Shown: positions 1 to 12,575 of the stretch, in pieces | Layout of the letters: each line of letters starts with the position of its first letter | Numbering within the stretch: position 1 is the stretch's first letter | NCBI RefSeq assembly: GCF_036321535.1 | Contig: NC_087436.1 | Span: forward strand, 86,864,001 to 86,928,000 | Source of the DNA: Camelus dromedarius | Taxonomy: Eukaryota | DNA: 64,000 bases | Direction of reading: 5' to 3' | The notes under the pieces: model-generated | Told to the model about the DNA's origin: nothing | The model's input: the letters and a program-made list of their open reading frames with translations, nothing else | Databases searched by the model: none | Program-made: the position numbers and the translations under genes

Positions 1-741
1 TCTGATGAATTATCAGAGAAAATTTAAATGTATACAGAGATGAATAACTGAGGTGAATTCATTGAGAGAGTATGTGTGTGTGTGTTTGTTTTGAGACTGA
101 GTCTATTAGAAGATATGCAGATCACTATAGATTAAACTTACGCCCTTAAAACAGAATATACTTTTATCTACATTTATCATTCAGTAGTAAATACACAGTC
201 AGGATTTGATGTGAACACATTTTGCTGCCTCCAAAGACTCTCTATTTCATGGAGTGAAACTTCTTTCAGTTATTAGCAGAGTGCTTATCCTATCTCCTGA
301 TTTTCCAAACTGGGGACCTCAATCTTCTTTCCAGAAACAAATTATTGTTTTCACCTTAAGTGGAGGAAAGAAACTGTTATTTGTCACAGAGGCTGTGCTT
401 ACGTTTGCTTTCAAATCTGACTATATCAGGATACTGTAGTAACTTTTTCATTTGTAATACACTTTAGTAGTTCAAAGTTTTCAGAGATTCACATTCATAA
501 TACTTCTTACATCCTATGGTGAGTTTTTTGTTGAAGGTGAGTTTGTAGGTAGAAGAGTGGGAAGAGAATCAGAAATTGCTAGGTAAAAATTTAGATGAAC
601 CTCTATTACAATGACTCTAGGGTTGACTCAGTTTTGTGTATCCTAGTTTAAAGGGTTCAAGTGAAGAACAGTCACCTGCCCACAGAAAGAAATTGTTACA
701 TGACTACAAGCTTTACTCCTGATTTTAGCCAACAATCTTGG

Positions 742-1085
742 TGCAATGGACTGAATTGTGTCCCTCCTCAAAATTCATATGTTGAAGCCCCCTAACCCCC
801 AGTGTGAGGATATTTGGAGATGGGGCCTTTGCAAGATAATTAGGTTTAGATGAGGTCGTGAGGGTGGGGCCCTCAGGATGGAATTAGTGCCCTTATAGGA
901 AGAGACATCAGAGAGTTTGCTCTCCTTCTCTCTGCCACGTGAAGACACAGTGATAAGGCTGTGTCTGCAAGCCAGAAAGAGGGGCTTCACCAAAACCCAA
1001 CCATGCTGGCCCTCTGATCTTTTAGACTTCCATCCTTCACTAAGCTATCCAGTCTATGGTATTTTGTATGGCAACCTAAGCTGCC
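742..1085 (+). mobile_element. MaLR solo LTR, MLT1A-like
   Basis: Begins tgcaatggactgaattgtgtccctcctcaaaattcatatgttgaagccc; contains ggggcctttg...aggtttagatgaggtc and ccagtctatggtattttgt, typical of MLT1A/A0. Homologous to 11639-12007. Confidence 0.85.
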
Positions 1086-1872
1086 ATTGGTCATATGGGA
1101 GACAGCCTGGTTTCAACCCACTCATACTGTGGAAATATAACTGAGGATATTTTCTCACACCAACTAATTCTCCAATTCTCCACGCACCAATCAGGTGTCA
1201 ATAACTCAGTTCAGTTCTGACACTATCTCCCTGGAATTAGCATCAGATCCCTCAAGTTAAAGGGGCTCAGTGCAACAAGACTCCTCCCACCTACTTTGGA
1301 TGCCAGTTTTAAGTTCTGGGCCAGTCATACCTCTGACCGACTAGCTATAAATCAGAGATTCTCACAATCCCCTTCTCAGTATCAGTAACTTGCAAAAATG
1401 GCTTAGAGAACTGAGAAAAACACTATATTTGCAGTTATACCAGGAAACAACTCAGGAACAGCCAAGTGGGAGAGATGAATAGGGCAGAGTATGAGGGATG
1501 GAAGGGATATGGCACTTCCATGCCTTCTTTAGTGCACCACCCTCCCAGAAGGTTAATTAATGTGTTCACTAATCCAAAAGCCCATCCAACATCTTTGTTC
1601 TAGAGTTTTTGTGGACCTCAATCTCTAGCCCCCTCCCTGTGGGACTGTGGGTGGGGCAGAAAATTCTAACCTGTAATTATTTGGTCTTTCCAGTGACCAG
1701 TCCCATCCTGAGGCTATCTAGGGACCCTGTCCTAAGTCACCTCATTAGTATAAACTCAGGTGTGATCATCAAAAGAGGCTTGTTATGAATAACAAAAGAT
1801 ACTCTTGTCACTCAGGAAGTTGCAAGGATTTTAGGACCTCTGTGCCAGGAACCTGAGACAAAGACCAGATAC

Positions 1873-1902
1873 CTATCTATCTATCTATCTATCTATCTAT
1901 CT
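1873..1902. repeat. (CTAT)n microsatellite
   Basis: About 7 perfect CTAT units seen directly. Confidence 0.95.
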
Positions 1903-1950
1903 CACATTATGGGCATCATTTAATTTATTTTTTAAGATACTAAGTATTGC

Positions 1951-2030
1951 TTTATTTATTATTATTGAGGTTTATAGTTGATGTACAGTACAGGTTCAGG
2001 TGTACAACACAGTGATTCCCAATTTTTAAA
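1951..2030 (-). mobile_element. Short L1 3' terminus with A-rich tail
   Basis: ttgaggtttatagttgatgtacagtacaggttcaggtgtacaacacagtgattcccaatttttaaa matches the reverse of a laurasiatherian L1 3' end. Confidence 0.75.
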
Positions 2031-2748
2031 CCAAATATATTTCTTGTTATATGACACAACCCAAAGCTCATACCCTGCTGTTTTTGGAGGTGGGCTCCTC
2101 ACTCATTCTTCAGGTTTATAAAGAAAGAAGAAAACAAGAAAATAAGTAGACATTAATGTGCTTTGTCAAGATGCTTTTTGACTATAAGTAAAAGAGAAAT
2201 GTCTTAAGTAATACGGAAAATATGTTGTTATTAGAAGGAAAATGCTGTCCCCTTCTCTGTCCCAAATGCCAGCGTTTGGAGATGAAATAATGCTTGCCTT
2301 TGGAGAAGTGAGCGGTTGCATCAACCTTGCTGCAGAAGAACCTTGGCCCCTACTTGGCATACTACTTAAAACAACTTTGACAATGACATTTTGGCTAGTG
2401 AGAAACTAATTAGAAGATGGGACAATTTTACATACTCTTCAAATGACCCAGAGTTTCAACAGATGTTTCAAGGAAATACATACCTGGTGCTCTTCCATTA
2501 GCCAATTACTTTGTTGCAAATGTCACAGGCTCTTTTGTACAATAATTATGAAGAATTATGTCCCAACTGGCAACAGAAATGTACACTGTTTAGCTCAATT
2601 TGAGGGAAGTTTGGTGGTAATTATAGACCCAGTCTTCAGTTAAGCCTTGAAAAAGGAAACTATCACATTTGAGAAGACCTTGATGAAAGGCATGGGGGCA
2701 GACCACATTCTCCAAGAAGCATACAAAGTAGAGTCTTGTAAGATTACT

Positions 2749-2769
2749 CACACACACACACACACACAC
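2749..2769. repeat. (CA)n microsatellite
   Basis: Seen directly. Confidence 0.9.
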
Positions 2770-4037
2770 TCCCCACCTCCAAATTAAAAAAGCTCTAACT
2801 CCCGAACAGCAGAAGTGGGGAAGTAGAGAAAAAGTAAGAAATAAACTATAACATAACTTGAAGCTCTGAAATTTAAATTTTATAGCATTTAAACATAATT
2901 GCGTAAATTCTTGCCGGCTGCTTAAGTGTCTCAAAGAGATCTATATATATTTTAGGATCTCTTTTTGTACATTTAAAAATATTAACTAATATATCTATAA
3001 AGGAATAGTTTTAATATTGGATATTTAGTAGAATTATTATATTGGGAGATAAAAATCCTTGTTTGAATCTATAATACCTTGCTCTCTTAAAACAGCAAGC
3101 AAACAAACCTTTGAGTTGAAATTAAAGACAGAGAGAGATAAGCATAAATATTTATTAAGACTGTTTAAGGCTTGATTCTTTTAAGGTCAAATAATTAGTT
3201 ACTATTTAGTGACCTTAAAGCTTTTGAGTATTAAATAAAAGTTCCAATCACTCAAATTTACAGAATTTAGAGAAGGCCATATGGATTACTATTATGTACA
3301 GTAAAAAAAAAAAAAAAAAAACCAAAACATTATGTATCTATAGATTTCATTCTTGGGACCTGGTGAAAAATTTGCTTTTTTCCTCTACTAACTCCCAAAG
3401 CATAGTAAGTCAGTGGAAGCCAAGCATTCAGTACAAACAGTTTCAGTTTCCGTATTTCCTAACAGGCCAGCCAAGAGCCATCCTAGGCAAATGCAAAGAA
3501 AGAGTTTATTTCTGGAAAATACTAATACATTCTTGTACTTGTAAATATTTTCTTACCCCATATTTTTGAAATTAACATCAATTAGCATGGGTCACATTGA
3601 CTTGTGTTTATAAATCAGTTCTGCGTTTCACTTTAGACCAAGATGAAATAGTCATTCTTTTTTTTTTTTTAACCATCTCCCAATGTGATATTATATTTAC
3701 AATAAAGAACATCTGGATTTTGCAATTGAAGAAGTCTTCATGCTTTTGAAATATGACATTGAGTAAATAGTTCTTCCACTGCTAAGTAGCAATCAGCATG
3801 TCTCAGATATTTGGGTGGGCTTTTTTCATAAAAAGCATTTGCTTTTTGTATTATTTAAGACATCTTAATATTGTAGGTAGGTGGTGAAAAGTAAGTTGAA
3901 CATCAGGGGAACAAAACTAAAATTTTGTAATAAATTAGGATAATTATGCCAACATGGTTAAATCTTAATGAAGAATAATGGTTCTTTTTCCTTCCTTGGT
4001 CAGGCCTAGTGTTTCAAGTGTGAGCATGATGTTACAA

Positions 4038-4053
4038 TACTGCCCCCTGCTGT
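4038..4053 (-). promoter_or_regulatory. Candidate CTCF core motif
   Basis: Minus strand reads ACAGCAGGGGGCAGTA, close to the CTCF consensus CCAGCAGGGGGCGC; located in unique sequence. Confidence 0.45.
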
Positions 4054-6239
4054 AAGACTTTCCTGGGCCCTTTCAAAGGAACATCAAGAAAAAATAAGAG
4101 AAACTAAAGAAACTAACAAATGACTGGGGCACGTATATCTTATTACATTTGGCATTTTAAAAGCAAATTCTGATGAATGGTTCAGGCCCCTTAAATGCAG
4201 AAATCTAGAATAATTGTACAATATATACTTTTGTTCCTCAGTTTGTTTTCTTTTGAATTAATGTCTTTGCTGCTCTGTTCCTTTGAGTTAAACAGAGGAA
4301 ACTTTCCTCCCCTGACATACTTTGAGATGATGGATTTTACTAGGGATTTTGTGAATGTGTTTTTGTTTTAATTAGTGTTGGTTTCAAGGAATTTTGCATC
4401 TTTAAAAAAAAAAAGCACACAAAGTATCTTTGAGGCTGCAAAAAGAATGATGCTTTTGTCTATCTTCAGTGTGGCTTTGGTATTTTTAATAGCAGGAACG
4501 AGTCTTGGGGTAAAGTATATCAGTTCAACCAATCATGTCTTGGAGTTCATCCAGTCTTAAATTTAACTGTCTGTAAACAACTTTGTGTTCTTTTACATTG
4601 AGCAAAGCTACAAATTCATATGAAGGAGCCTTTGGCATGAATACGATTTAGGCTGCCTTTTTTTGTTTTGTTTTGTGAAGAATTGAACATTTTTTCCTTT
4701 TTTATGGGTACTGCTTTAACAAAATGATTCTGATGACATTTTTTGCCAGTGCATATTTTCTGACATTAAAAAACAAATCAAAAGCCACTTAACGTATGAA
4801 TCATTGTTACAGTCAGCAGTAATCCACTGCGTAAAATCTCCCTGTAAAGGCGCAGAGACTGGGGGCTTAAACCTGGAGCACATTAAATTAGTTCCAGTCT
4901 CTCGCGAATGGGCTTCGCCTGGCTTGCTTAGGCAGGCAAAACGGAAACAGGCAGTTTATAACAAGAAGTCTGCTTTAAAAACCGTGGGGTTCATTGGAGA
5001 AAGATTTATATCCCCCACTTATATAAACATTACAAATGTGGACTGCAAGTAGGAGGGAAACCTTTATCGAAATCTCTTGAAGAGCTTTTTCATTGTAAGT
5101 AAAATGGACAGCTTGCACTGTTGTTTGAAGATACGCCAGCAGTTCGACAATCATCTTTTTCACTGCTTCGCCTGATTAAAATGTAGCATTGTGAAAACTA
5201 AGCAGACCACCTACTTTTAATTTATTTTTGTGATGAGACTATGTTGGCATCAAAAGTGGAGCCAAAATCCTCTGCGCCGAAAGAGAAAATTGTCGTTTCA
5301 GGATTTTTTTAAAAAGACAGTATAATTATATGAAGACTTGGGGTAAGGGGAATCTGGATGTCAGTTTATATCACCTCCTAATTTAAAATGATTTTTATAT
5401 ACAAACACTGTCCTAGACATCATATTGTCTTTGGGGTTGTAATAGAACACAGATGAGGGTTGAAATATTTGGTCCAATAAAATGAGAAAGGCTGAGAGGA
5501 AAGATTACCATGTGAGATTAGAGTTGCTATTTATTTGATAGTTCACATATGGTGATTTTAGGTCCATGAGCTAAAAATGTCTGTGTTCCTCTCATTTGTT
5601 TTTGTCTCATTTTTAATATTTTGAAAACTTCCATAGAAATGTACTTTCCTTTGCCCCAAATACTGTCTACCAGGGCACTAAAACCAAATTCTTTTTTTTT
5701 TTTTTAAGGCTTTTTAACATTAGCTGCTGTTGGATGGACTTTAGCCACAATCCAGGTAGTCCTGAATCAGTTTTTCTTAGGATTTCTTCATTTTATCTAG
5801 AAGATAGCACATCTCTTTTTAGCATTGTTAGCTGGTTCCAAATGTAAGGATATGCTTAAACCTTAAAAATCTTAAAACCTTAAACCCCAAACCTTAAAAC
5901 CTAGAAATCTAAAATTTTATCAGGGCTAACTCTAAGAAGTGACATGGTGAAAGCATTTGGAGAACATAACATGAAACCAGGACCTACTGGAGTGTGGGGG
6001 TTAATATCTCAAGAGCTTAGTCCAGAAGAGGCAGCTTGGGCTGTTTGCCCACCAGGCCTATTAGCTGTGCCTGCAATTAGAGGTAAAGGCAGACTTCTAA
6101 AAAGGAAGGACAGTCATTTGACTTCCAGGTGTGCAAGTGGAAGACGTAATTAGGTTTAATGTTAAAAAAAAAAAAGTTACAGTCAAGGCTCTTTGGCCGA
6201 TAACATAATAATAGTGATAATAATAATCATTTTAGTGAG

Positions 6240-6432
6240 TCCTATTTGTTAAGCTCTTATTATATGCCATGTACCATGCTAAATGCTTTACATACATCAT
6301 TATTTTTCATCTTTGCCACAACTCAGTTTCTTAAGTGGGGAAGCCAGGGTAAAGAAGATTGGGTCACACCACTGGTGGTGATAGAGCTGGTCATTGACAC
6401 CAGGAATTCTGACTCAAGAGTCATACTCTTAG
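6240..6432 (-). mobile_element. MIR SINE
   Basis: tatatgccatgtaccatgctaaatgctttacatac...ggtcacac...gagctgg...tctgactcaagagtcatactctt. Confidence 0.7.
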
Positions 6433-8694
6433 CTTGCTTACCTAATACATGATACATGTTGATTTTTCCTGTTTCTACAGATACTTGGAGTTTCCATATC
6501 TCATTGATAACGTCTAATCCTGTTCAACTTTTTATCAGCACCTGTATCAGACCAATAGCCATGGTCCTCAGATGAGTGGCCCTGAGCATGATAATGAACT
6601 GTTTTGTATTGTGTTGTGAACTGGGATGGAGGCAGAAGGGAAGGGATACAGGCTGATTTATGCCAGAGGTTGTCAGGTAGTGATGAAAAGAACTCTGATA
6701 CTCTGTACAGAAGGCCTAAGATAAAGCATGAGTCTTGTTAATCTGCAGCTAGTCTGTGATCTGTCCTTCCAAACAATTAAGTTATCCTAAATCTCTAACA
6801 TCTTCCAGTGAGAGTTAGAATTTTACTGTGGAAGGCTTCTGGTTTCAAAGATAAGTTGACCTAAACTTGAAGGCAGTAGAATTATTAATCACTTACGACG
6901 ACTTCCTTCGTTCAGGAAAATTGTGTTCTTTGAGAAATTTGACTTATATTTCACCTGTGACATGAAGAACAGAATGTATATGTTATTAAAATGGATTTTC
7001 ATAATGAATAGCAATCAGTCTTCCAAAGTAAGGCACAAATACACTACCAGCAATAACATGTACTTTTAGGCTCTAATGAGGTTGTGATAGATAAGAGTGA
7101 ATTTCTTCTTTACTTTACATAATTGGAGTAAGTATTGACCTCCTCCTGCCCCCTAAAACAGTAAATCCCAAAGGTATAAGCTAACAGAGTGGTAGCAGTG
7201 GTGAAAGGAGAAAGGGGAGAAAACTCTACTCTCTCTAACATGTTGACCTGTGAAATAAGATGTACAGTTTAGAGTGGGTGGACGAAGAAACAAAGGTAGA
7301 ACTATTGTATTTAGGGCATTTAAAATCAGTAGAGAAACCAGAGTTGTGATATAAATGGATGATCTCTGTAAGTGGCTGGTTCTATGTGGGAGTGATGGGG
7401 TAGGGATGCAAGTGAGCTAAATTCTAGTCTATCATGGTAGGAAAAGAGTGATTTATAAAAAGAAGTGGTATAAATATAACACATTATGTAATGACTTGAT
7501 GGTGATATCCAGAGACACCAAACCCCCAGATCAACCAAAAGTGGTTTCCTTTGAGAAGTAGGAATGGGCATGGGAAGTGGTGAGCAGGAGGCTGTTGCTG
7601 TCCATTCCAACCCCCTCTGAACCATTTGAATCAAATCTTAGCAATCATGTTCATGTTTTACTTTGATAAGAATGCTTTTTTTTATTTTTGAAAAAAGAAC
7701 TGTGATAAAAACAAAAGAATACTCAAGCTTCTGCTTTTTAAAAAAAAAAGAGAGAAAAAAAATCCCTTCATATAGCTCATTGCACTTTCCTTTTCCCCCG
7801 TAAGCAGGGATCTGAAAAATTTGGTAGAATGCAGCATATTAGTAACTACTCTTGGTTTTGTTTAGTCTCAAAAGTTTCCTTTGTTGGTAAGGTGAAGGGT
7901 TCCAGAAAAGACATTTTTCATAATCTGGTTAATTAGGACAGCTTTTTTGATGACTAAATAAACCTGACCAATGACCTGTGGACCATTTGATTAATTTCCA
8001 ATCCCAAATTACTGAGGTCCATAGATTTAAGTGATGGATGTAGTGACATGATGCCTCAAGGACTTTCCTCGATTATCTCTGCTTTTTCGTTACCACTACT
8101 GGAATATATTTGTGCTCTGTAGATCTGTTTCTCTGTAACAGATAATCACAGCAACCTTGACTGTCTGGAATCTTAAAGCTGGTTAACCACTTATGAAATC
8201 CTGTTATGTTCTCTTTGGAGCTGGTTGATAATCCCAGCTCATTACATGCTTTTTAACATCAGCATTTGTCTTAGTTTCCACTGCAGACTATTTTTGCTCA
8301 TTTCTTACATCGTCATTCCTAGATAGATTTTTTTTTTTTTTTGTCATATATATTGTTCCTGAAAACCTTTTTTGGCTGAACTGATTTGACCTTAAGCTTA
8401 TCTTTAGTTCTCAGGAAATTCAGTCATTTCCCAATTTAGCAATCTGACAAGTTAGATGTTATTTATGCTTCTAAGTTTTTTTTTTTTTAAGGAGATTGTA
8501 TATATATACTTGCACTTTCTGAGTATGTAGTCTTAGACTTACTAATTTCTTTTGTGCTATTAACCATGAATTGAAAATCAAGCTTTCAGTGACAACCTCA
8601 AAAATTCATATAAGACAGTGTTGCTTTATAGTATTTTTTAAATGTGCCATTCTGTGCAAAGATTAACATTTGCTCTATGGTGATACCACTTCTC

Positions 8695-8862
8695 TGTAGA
8701 GCACTTTTACATCCCTTATCCCATTAGTCCTCACAACAACCCTGTGAGGAAAGCAGGGAGGAGTCATCATCCCTGTTTCGTAGATGAGCTTGAGAGAGGG
8801 TGAGTGATTTGCACACAGTCACACAGGTAGTGGTTGAAGAACATTTCAGTGCTCTGACCGTG
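8695..8862 (-). mobile_element. MIR SINE
   Basis: tcctcacaacaaccctgtgagg...catccctgtttcgtagatgag...gtgatttgcacacagtcacacag. Confidence 0.75.
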
Positions 8863-9919
8863 GCTTCACGGTACTCTGCAGTAGGGTTTAAATCTAGAGT
8901 TTATGCTTAAAAACAGTAAGGGAGTGTGTTGGGCCATGGAGAGCAGGGTTTTCAGATTCATCCGGGTCCAGGCAGGTGGTGGAAACAAGGTGGGAGACAT
9001 CGGGGAGCTGCGGGGACAGTAGTGACCCTCAGGGCAGATACCCAGTCTCAAGGGGACAGAAATGCTTTAGATTCTCTTTTTATTCAGCAGATGAGCCTCG
9101 GTGTTGCTTGAACTTGCAGATTTTTAAGAAAAGTTGGAAGTTTGAATATTTTATGCAAAGTTTCCTCATTTTCAAATACCCTTCTTGTTAAACAAAACAT
9201 TTGATTCCCAGGGCCTGCAATGTGGGACCCCTGGCAGAAACATTACTGCCTCCTCTGTTTAGGCACTTAGGGGCAGCCAGGGCTGAGGCCACCGCAGGGG
9301 CTGAGCTGATCTTTCTGTGCATCAGGGGTGGTCTCAACTGGAAGGGAGACCAGAAGAGGGGTACTCTTGGGACAGCGAAGGTTACAGACTGTGGATGTGG
9401 GACCTTGTGGCATTTAGGAAACCTCTTTCTAATTAGGAAACCTTTTTGGGGTTATAAAGTTTGTCTCTTTTGTTTTCTATGATAGTGTATTACCTATTTC
9501 TGTTCAGAAGCCAAATAACCATGGTCACATTTGACGTCTATAGGAAAAAATAATTTATAAATAATTTCAAACTTGATTTTTCTGCTAGCTAATATTGCTT
9601 AACTTTCATATTTAATATTGTTCTAGATCTAAAGCAAAGTACATGCAAACCTTATACTTTTTGGTTTTCAATATAGTTTTTCTGCAATAACATTTTGGTT
9701 CTTAAATAATTTTATATATCAACTTCTGCAATGCCAAGGACTTTTTATAACAATTCTGGTTTTAAAAATATTTATAGCAACTCTCTGGTTTCAACTTCTG
9801 AAAGAGTTTACAGCTAAAACCTGCTATAGTTTATTGGATTGAAAAATATTCATATTTAACTTAATTTGAATCAGAGCATTTAATAATCCCGTTGTAGTTT
9901 TATTGTTTTATATCCCCTA

Positions 9920-11110
9920 TTCATTGATCCAGCATTGATTATTTCCTTAGCATTGGGGGTTCAACAGAGAACAAGAACGATATGGAAATCTTTTTTTTTG
10001 TGGAGTTTATCTTCTAGTGTAGAGAGAGATATGATAAAGAAAATAAGTAAGCAGCCACTATGGAAAACAGTATGGAGATTCCTTAGAAAGCTGAAAATAG
10101 AGTTACCATATGATCCAGCAGTCCCACTCCTGGGCATATATCTGGAAAAGACGAAAACTAATTCAGAAAGATACATGCACCCCAATGTTCACAGTAGCAC
10201 TATTTACAACAGTCAAGACATGGAACTGTCCATTAACAGATAACCAGACAAAGAAGATGTAACACACACACACACACAATGGAATATTAACCACAAAAAA
10301 GAATGAAATTATGCCATTTGCAGCAACATGGATAGACCTAGAGATTATCATACTAAGTGAAATAACTCAGACAGAGAAAGACAAATATCATATGATATCA
10401 TTTATATGTGGAATCTAAAAAAATGATACAAATGAACTTATTTACCAAACAGGAACAGAACCAAGGACATAGAAAACAAACTTATAGTTACCAAAGGGAA
10501 AAGGTGGGGAGAAGAATAAATTAGGAATTTGTGATTAGCAGATACAAACTACTATATGTAAAATAGCTAAACAACAAGGACCTACTGTATAGCACAGGGA
10601 AATATATTCAATATCTTTTAATAGCCTATAATGGAAAAGAATTTGACAAAGAATGTATATATACACACACACATATATATACACATTTATATATATTTAT
10701 ATATATATATATATACACATATATATATAAAACTGAATTACTTTGCTGTACACCTGAAACATTGAAAGCAACTACACTTCGATAAAATAAAATAAAATAA
10801 AAGTAAATTATATAGTGTGTTTAAAGGTGATAAATTCTATGGAATAGGACATATTAGTGGTGGAGTTTATAATCGTAAATAGAATGGTCAAGAGGGCCTC
10901 ACTGAGACGGTGACATTTGGGCAAAGACCTGAAGAGAGAGAAAGCAGTAAGTTATATGGATCATTTGCAGGCAGAGGTTATAGCAAAAGCAAAGGTGAAA
11001 GGTGCCATGTGTTTTCAAAGCAGATCTAGAAGATTTGTGTGGCTGGAGCAAAGCAGGCAAGGGAAGATGAGGCCAGACAGAGCCTGTAGGAACTTGTAGT
11101 CTATGATAAG
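9920..11110 (-). mobile_element. L2 LINE fragment split by a younger L1 (10051-10800)
   Basis: gtggagtttatcttctagt...ggtcaagagggcctcactgagacggtgacatttgggcaaagacctgaag...gtggctggagcaaag; typical reverse L2 3' region on both sides of the L1. Confidence 0.7.
10051..10800 (+). mobile_element. 5'-truncated artiodactyl-type L1 (ORF2 C-terminus + 3' UTR + A-rich tail)
   Basis: Encodes [30 protein letters not shown] (L1 ORF2 C-terminus); ends in (TAAAA)n; short TSD aagtaa at 10045-10050 and 10801-10806. Confidence 0.92.
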
Positions 11111-11638
11111 GATATATACACAACACACGCATGCATGCATGCACGCACATGCACACAGACACACATGCACACATACACACATAGCATCTGTCTCCACTAA
11201 AATTTCAGAACTGTTTCCTTAGTTAGTTAAATAGAAGAGGCCACTGATTGGGGATTATTTTCCATTATTAAAGTATTTTGTTCCAGTTAAAGATTGTGCT
11301 AAAGAGATGAAGAAATAGATTGATTCTATCAGGAGGGTTTCAGATTGATGAAAGTGTTGGAATGTACCTCTAGAATTTCTAGTTTCTCATATGAAATTAG
11401 ATCTCTCCTGTCTATTTTCATATCATGTTATTAATTTTTCAGCAAATATTCATTGAGTCATGTTACGTGCAAGGCACTGGACTAGGCTTTGGAATAAGCG
11501 GTGTTATGCACTTAGGGCATAGCCAACATTCTAGTGATGGATTCTAGTACAATGAAGGTTACACAGATGTGCTTGGAAGTAGCATAGTATAACCTCCTCT
11601 AGTCTATTTTTGTGTATGTATAAAGGCAGTTTAGGTAG

Positions 11639-12007
11639 TATTATGGCCAGTTTTTTGTCCCTTCACAATTTGTGTGTTGAATCCCTGCCCCTCAACATGA
11701 TGCTATTTGGAGGTGGGGCCTTTTGGAGGTGACTAGGTTTAGGTGAGGTCATGAGGGTGGGATCCTCACCATAAAATTAGTACCTTTATTAGGAGAGATC
11801 AGAGAGCTTGCTCTTTATCCACCATCTGAGGACACAGCAAGAAGGTAGCAAAGTTTGCAAGTCAGGAAGAGGACCATCCTCAGAACCTGACCACACTGGC
11901 ACCTTGATCTCAGACTTCCAGCCTCCAGAACTATGGGAAATAAATGTCTGTTCTTTAAACCACCAGTCTATGGTATTTTGTTAAAGGAGTCCCAGATGAC
12001 TAAGACA
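11639..12007 (+). mobile_element. MaLR solo LTR, MLT1A0-like, complete with 5-bp TSD
   Basis: Ends ...gatgactaagaca; contains aataaa; flanked by ggtag (11634-11638 and 12008-12012). Confidence 0.9.
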
Positions 12008-12064
12008 GGTAGATCAATTGGGGAGGGAGGAGAAAACCATCTAACCTTCCTTTCCTCATATTTA

Positions 12065-12575
12065 TTACTTCCTTTTGGTTTCATGTGACAGAAATCCAAA
12101 TCAAACGAAGACAAATGGCTTCAGGCATGGTTGGATCCAACCTTTAAAAATAGTATATCAGGAGTCTGTTTGTCTCTGTTTCTTGGTTCTACCCCCTTCT
12201 TCATTAGTTTCATTTTAAGGTAGATTCTTTCCAAATGATGGCAAAGATAAAGGCTTATATTCTCTAAGCATGGAGCTAGGGAAGAAAGAATATACTTCTT
12301 TCCCAGGAGCTTGAAGAAAAGTTTTGAGTCTGATAATTCTTGCCTGAAATGGTCCTGGATTGGGCCATGTGGCTGCTGAACATCCCTTCCATCTAGTGGA
12401 GTGAATATTTGCATGACTATTCCTGGGTTACTCATTAGTTCCTGAAGTTAGGAAATGAGATCAACCCCACCATATGAGCGAAAATGTGAGAGGTAGTCCC
12501 TCCAAAGGAAACCTGGGTACTCTTCACCAGAGAAGGGCAAATGAGTGCTGGGCGGAAAAAACAAGTGATCACCTA
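12065..12575 (-). mobile_element. Old MaLR LTR (MLT1K/L-like)
   Basis: gtgacagaaatccaaatcaaac...ggcttcaggcatggttggatcc...ccaaaggaaacctgggtactcttcaccagagaagggcaaatgagtgctggg. Confidence 0.6.

Larger units (their letters stand above)
1128..2058 (-). mobile_element. ERVL-class solo LTR, MER21-like, interrupted at about 1872-2029
   Basis: ttctgacactatctccctggaattagcatcagatccc...ggctcagt, and terminal ctgtgccaggaacctgagacaaagacca...aatatatttcttgttatatgacaca, match the reverse of the recalled MER21 consensus. Confidence 0.75.
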
